Sequence record: NZ_CP067021.1
From: a plasmid
DNA: 64,000 nt
Reading direction: 5' to 3' (one strand)
The notes under the pieces were generated by a model. The model was not told the DNA's origin, made no database searches, and saw nothing but the letters and a program-made list of their open reading frames with translations. The stretch's first letter is position 1. Each line of letters opens with the position of its first letter. Positions 60,697-64,000 of the stretch are shown here, piece by piece. The position numbers and the translations under genes were made by a program.

Positions 60697-61467
60697 TTAG
60701 TTAAGTAATTTATCTCTTATCAATTCTTTAAATTTTTCAGGATTTTGCTCCGCTTGATTATTAAAAATATCAAAGTAAGTTAAAGCTTGTTGTTGAATTT
60801 TTCCTTTATTTGGAACACGAGAAGCAGGATGAGGGAGTCGAATTACTAAAGTCTTTTTATTCCAGAATCTTACGCTAAATCCTTCTATAGATTCTTTGAA
60901 GTTAAGAATATCTTCGTCATTAACATAATTGAGTTTCAACTGTTCCCAATTTCCATGATATGCACCTAAGAAAAAAATATTTTTAGGTTCTAATCTATCA
61001 AGTTGATTTACTAAGTTTTCTATTGATATATCTTTAAGATGCTCATACAAATCTATACTTTTATTTTTTGAATTCAATAAGTTAAAAGATTTTTTATTAT
61101 AATCAAAGAAGTAGAAGTTTAACCATTGTATATACTCGTTATTATTTTTTTCTTTGACTTTACCTAAGAATTTTAAGAATTGTGATCTCACAGGTGGCTT
61201 TTCATAAAGATTACGGTATCTAATTTTACTTTCAGAAATTAATTCATTTGTACTTAAATTTCCTAATATAAAGCTATCTAATTTCAATTTCCCCCATCCA
61301 GAAGTTTCTTGGCCAACAATTACTACTTTATTTTTGGATTGGTCAAAAGAACTATCTAAAAAATCTGGAATGAAAGGTAAGCTGATTTTTTGTAAAAGAG
61401 GGTGATAATCCTTATGTGTAATAAGGTTATTTTTTAATTTATTTAAATTTTCTGAGTATTCAATCAT
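60697..61467 (-). CDS. Hypothetical protein (256 aa)
   Basis: AT-rich ORF inside a dif module. No motif recognised. Confidence 0.55.
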   Translation of the reverse strand: MIEYSENLNKLKNNLITHKDYHPLLQKISLPFIPDFLDSSFDQSKNKVVIVGQETSGWGKLKLDSFILGNLSTNELISESKIRYRNLYEKPPVRSQFLKFLGKVKEKNNNEYIQWLNFYFFDYNKKSFNLLNSKNKSIDLYEHLKDISIENLVNQLDRLEPKNIFFLGAYHGNWEQLKLNYVNDEDILNFKESIEGFSVRFWNKKTLVIRLPHPASRVPNKGKIQQQALTYFDIFNNQAEQNPEKFKELIRDKLLN

Positions 61468-61684
61468 AGTATGTTTACTTGCTTAATTTTTTTTAAGTTA
61501 TATATGAAAACTTAGGAGAATAACATTGAAAATAGGTATATTTTGGTTTTATAAAAATCAAGTTCTTGGTATTTCTCATGAGTTTGATATTAATAGCTCA
61601 GATTCTTTAGGTATGATTTGATGTGTGCTGAAAAAACAGGAGGTTTTAACTTGGTAAACTAAACACACTCATCAGGAGTTTACC

Positions 61685-61984
61685 ATGAGCAAGAAACACA
61701 AGACTTACACCACAGAATTTAAAGCTGAAGCCATCAAATTAATTGAAGCCAATCAAGGCAATGTCTCGGAAACAGCTAGACAACTTAGCATTTCAATGCA
61801 AACTCTTTCAAATTGGAATACCAAAGCAAAGGCTGGAACTTTAGCAGGTACAAAACAGTATTCACCTGATCTAAACGCTCTACTCGAAGAAAATAAAAAA
61901 CTCAAACAACAGCTCAAAATAGCTGAAATGGAACGTGAATTTTTAAAAAAGGCAGCAGCGTACTTTGCCAAAGAAAGTCAGTAA
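61685..61984 (+). CDS. IS3-family transposase OrfA
   Basis: HTH + leucine-zipper 99-aa protein (…ETARQLSISMQTLSNW…). Confidence 0.8.
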   Translation: MSKKHKTYTTEFKAEAIKLIEANQGNVSETARQLSISMQTLSNWNTKAKAGTLAGTKQYSPDLNALLEENKKLKQQLKIAEMEREFLKKAAAYFAKESQ

Positions 61985-61995
61985 GGTACGCCTAT

Positions 61996-62850
61996 ATGAA
62001 ACAAAAAAGATATTCTTTTCCAATTACCTTAATGGCTCGATTACTTCATGTTTCAGTTTCATGTTTTTATGATTGGCTCAAGAGAGGCGTGAGCAAAAGA
62101 ACGATTCAACGAAATCAACAGACGATATTGGTGAAAATAGCCCATGAGGAGACAAGGCAGAGCTATGGTTATATTCGATTAACCAAATACTTACAAGCTC
62201 AGGGCATAAAAATGAGTATGTACGCTGTACGTCAGATAAAAGCGCTGAACCACCTGTATTGTAAGCGACACAAGCGTTTTAAAAGGACTACGAATAGTGA
62301 CCATAATCGAGCGATCTATGAAAACCTGCTGGAGCAACAATTCTCAATGACTAGACCAAATCAAGCATGGTCAAGTGATATTACGTACATATGGACTGTT
62401 GAAGGATGGCTGTACTTAGCAGCGGTAAAAGACCTTTACACGAAACAAGTGGTTGGCTATAGCTTAAATGTGCGCATGACAGCACAGCTTGTTTGTAATG
62501 CGCTAAATATGGCTATTCACAATCAAAAACCAACCAAAGAACTGATTGTGCATTCAGACAGAGGAAGTCAATATTGCAGCCATGAATATCGAAATATACT
62601 TGAGCAATATGGTTTTCAAGGTTCAATGAGCAAGCGCGGAGACTGTTACGATAATGCACCGATTGAAAGCTTTTGGGGAATACTGAAAAATGAGTTAGTG
62701 CATCATTACAACTATCAAACCAGAGAAGAAGCCAAAGCAGATATTATAAAATACATTGAATTATTTTATAATCATCGAAGAATTCAAAAGGGTTTGGGTT
62801 TTAAGACACCAAATCAAATGGCCGAAGACTTTTATAAGTTGGCTGCCTAG
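61996..62850 (+). CDS. IS3-family transposase OrfB (DDE integrase core)
   Basis: DDE motifs WSSDITYI, HSDRGSQYCS, ...IESFWGILKNE. Confidence 0.8.
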   Translation: MKQKRYSFPITLMARLLHVSVSCFYDWLKRGVSKRTIQRNQQTILVKIAHEETRQSYGYIRLTKYLQAQGIKMSMYAVRQIKALNHLYCKRHKRFKRTTNSDHNRAIYENLLEQQFSMTRPNQAWSSDITYIWTVEGWLYLAAVKDLYTKQVVGYSLNVRMTAQLVCNALNMAIHNQKPTKELIVHSDRGSQYCSHEYRNILEQYGFQGSMSKRGDCYDNAPIESFWGILKNELVHHYNYQTREEAKADIIKYIELFYNHRRIQKGLGFKTPNQMAEDFYKLAA

Positions 62851-63177
62851 AATCTCCCAAGGGAAAGTCTCCTGATAATTCAGCGTATATCAATTGATAG
62901 TGCCTACAACCATGTATCTTATTGGGATGAATTACGAAATAAATTTTCTGAGCTAAGGGAAATTGAATATGACGATGTACCTCGGGGAAGAGTAATATTC
63001 GATAAAAATAAAAATAAATTGATCATCTATCTAGATAAGAAATTATTAATTAAAGGTAAGGTATCAAAAATTTGTGATTTTTTTGATGCTGAATATGATG
63101 TGAATACAGTATTACGCTTAGATCCGCACTATAGAACTTAATAGAAAACTAAATTTCTGATTAGAAAGATTTTCTAA

Positions 63178-63205
63178 AATTAACATAATACACCTTATAC
63201 GTAAT
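63178..63205 (-). other. pdif site (D/C; AATTAACATAA-TACACC-TTATACGTAAT), 10 bp from the IS6 end
   Basis: 28-bp match to the pdif consensus. Confidence 0.75.
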
Positions 63206-63215
63206 GCGTTATAAT

Positions 63216-64000
63216 TGGCACTGTTGCAAATAGAGATTTGAGTCGATGATGTTCCCTTTAAAAAGTACTTAGAGACCGAAAACCCTGTTGATTAGACACA
63301 CTTCACCCTGAGGCTGACCATAATAAAATGACGATGCTTGTCCTTTACGTAGTGCACGCATGACTTCAATACCTTTAATTGTGGCATAAGCCGTCTTCAT
63401 AGATTTGAATCCTAATGTGGCCCTGATGATCCGCTTTAGCTTGCCATGATCACATTCAATCACGTTATTTTTAAACTTAATCTGCCTGTGCTCAAGGTCT
63501 GGTGGACATTTACCTTCCCGTTTTAACCGTGATAAAGCACGTCCATATGTGGGTGCTTTATCCGTGTTGATCACTTGTGGAATTTGCCACTTCTTCACAT
63601 TATTTAAAATTTTTCCAAGAAAACAATATGCTGATTTGGTATTACGTCTAGAAGAAAGATAAAAATCAATGGTATCGCCACGTTGATCGACTGCACGATA
63701 CAGATAAGACCATCGTCCATTCACTTTTACATAGGTTTCATCAATATGCCACGAGCTCAGATCTGTAGGATTACGCCAATACCAGCGTAAACGTTTTTCT
63801 ATTTCAGGAGCATAACGTTGAACCCAACGGTAAATAGTCGTGTGATCAACATTCACACCCCGTTCGGCCAGCATTTCCTGCAGTTCACGATAGCTAATGC
63901 CATATTTACAATACCAGCGCACAGCCCAAAGAATGATTTCGCCCTGAAAATGCCGACCATGGAAAGGATTCATATGCTGCACCTTTAGCTAAAACAGTCT
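63216..64000 (-). mobile_element. IS6-family element (IS26-like; IS1006/IS1008-type), third copy, running off the window edge
   Basis: GGCACTGTTGCAAA inverted repeat at 63216-63229. Transposase identical to the 52003-52716 copy. Confidence 0.85.
63269..63982 (-). CDS. tnp: IS6-family transposase (237 aa)
   Basis: Amino-acid sequence identical to the transposase at 52003-52716. Confidence 0.9.
   Translation of the reverse strand: MQHMNPFHGRHFQGEIILWAVRWYCKYGISYRELQEMLAERGVNVDHTTIYRWVQRYAPEIEKRLRWYWRNPTDLSSWHIDETYVKVNGRWSYLYRAVDQRGDTIDFYLSSRRNTKSAYCFLGKILNNVKKWQIPQVINTDKAPTYGRALSRLKREGKCPPDLEHRQIKFKNNVIECDHGKLKRIIRATLGFKSMKTAYATIKGIEVMRALRKGQASSFYYGQPQGEVCLINRVFGL

Larger units (their letters stand above)
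61619..62892 (+). mobile_element. IS3-family insertion sequence (~1.27 kb) with TG...CA termini and imperfect inverted repeats
   Basis: The left end TGATGTGTGCTGAAAAAACAGGAGG matches the right end ...CCTGATAATTCAGCGTATATCA (imperfect). orfA/orfB pair inside. Confidence 0.7.

Overview
Low-GC (~35-38%) Acinetobacter-type plasmid or accessory DNA. A GC-rich segment at 48.4-51.9 kb is clearly foreign.

What the window contains:
(a) 1-10.1 kb: a leftward operon encoding a 2210-aa N6-adenine methyltransferase / SF2 helicase fusion (DarB-like or 'polyvalent' protein), a 544-aa partner, and a downstream gene running off the window edge.
(b) 10.8-11.7 kb: an array of ten ~83-bp repeats, each with an internal hairpin. 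It is not CRISPR.
(c) 11.9-22.3 kb and 24.4-32.4 kb: many small hypothetical, membrane and lipoprotein genes. They include an M48 metallopeptidase lipoprotein and a 546-aa zincin-like HExxH protein. The two blocks are separated by an IS1595-family IS abutting an IS3-family IS.
(d) 33.3-46.4 kb, a defense island:
- a two-gene cassette I could not assign to any described system: a 1744-aa NERD / tandem kinase-like / Upf1-like SF1 helicase protein plus a 458-aa partner;
- an IS5-family element;
- an adenosine-deaminase gene fragment;
- a complete type II CBASS operon (CD-NTase, Cap2 E1/E2, Cap3 JAB, Cap5 HNH-SAVED).
(e) 46.8-52.8 kb: a floR segment (truncated virD2-like gene, floR, truncated lysR) bracketed by inverted IS26-like (IS6-family) copies. 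One copy is itself interrupted by an IS1-family element with an 8-bp target duplication.
(f) 52.9-55.3 kb: msr(E)-mph(E). Its pdif site has been cut by the IS6 copy.
(g) 55.7-63.2 kb: a string of seven pdif (XerC/XerD) sites in alternating orientation that define small dif modules. The modules carry higBA, a RelE-like/antidote pair, brnTA, an SMI1/KNR4 protein, two orphan hypotheticals, an ISNCY (ISAjo2-like) element and an IS3-family element. A third IS26-like copy runs off the right edge.

Most exciting: the NERD-kinase-helicase two-gene cassette sitting next to the CBASS.
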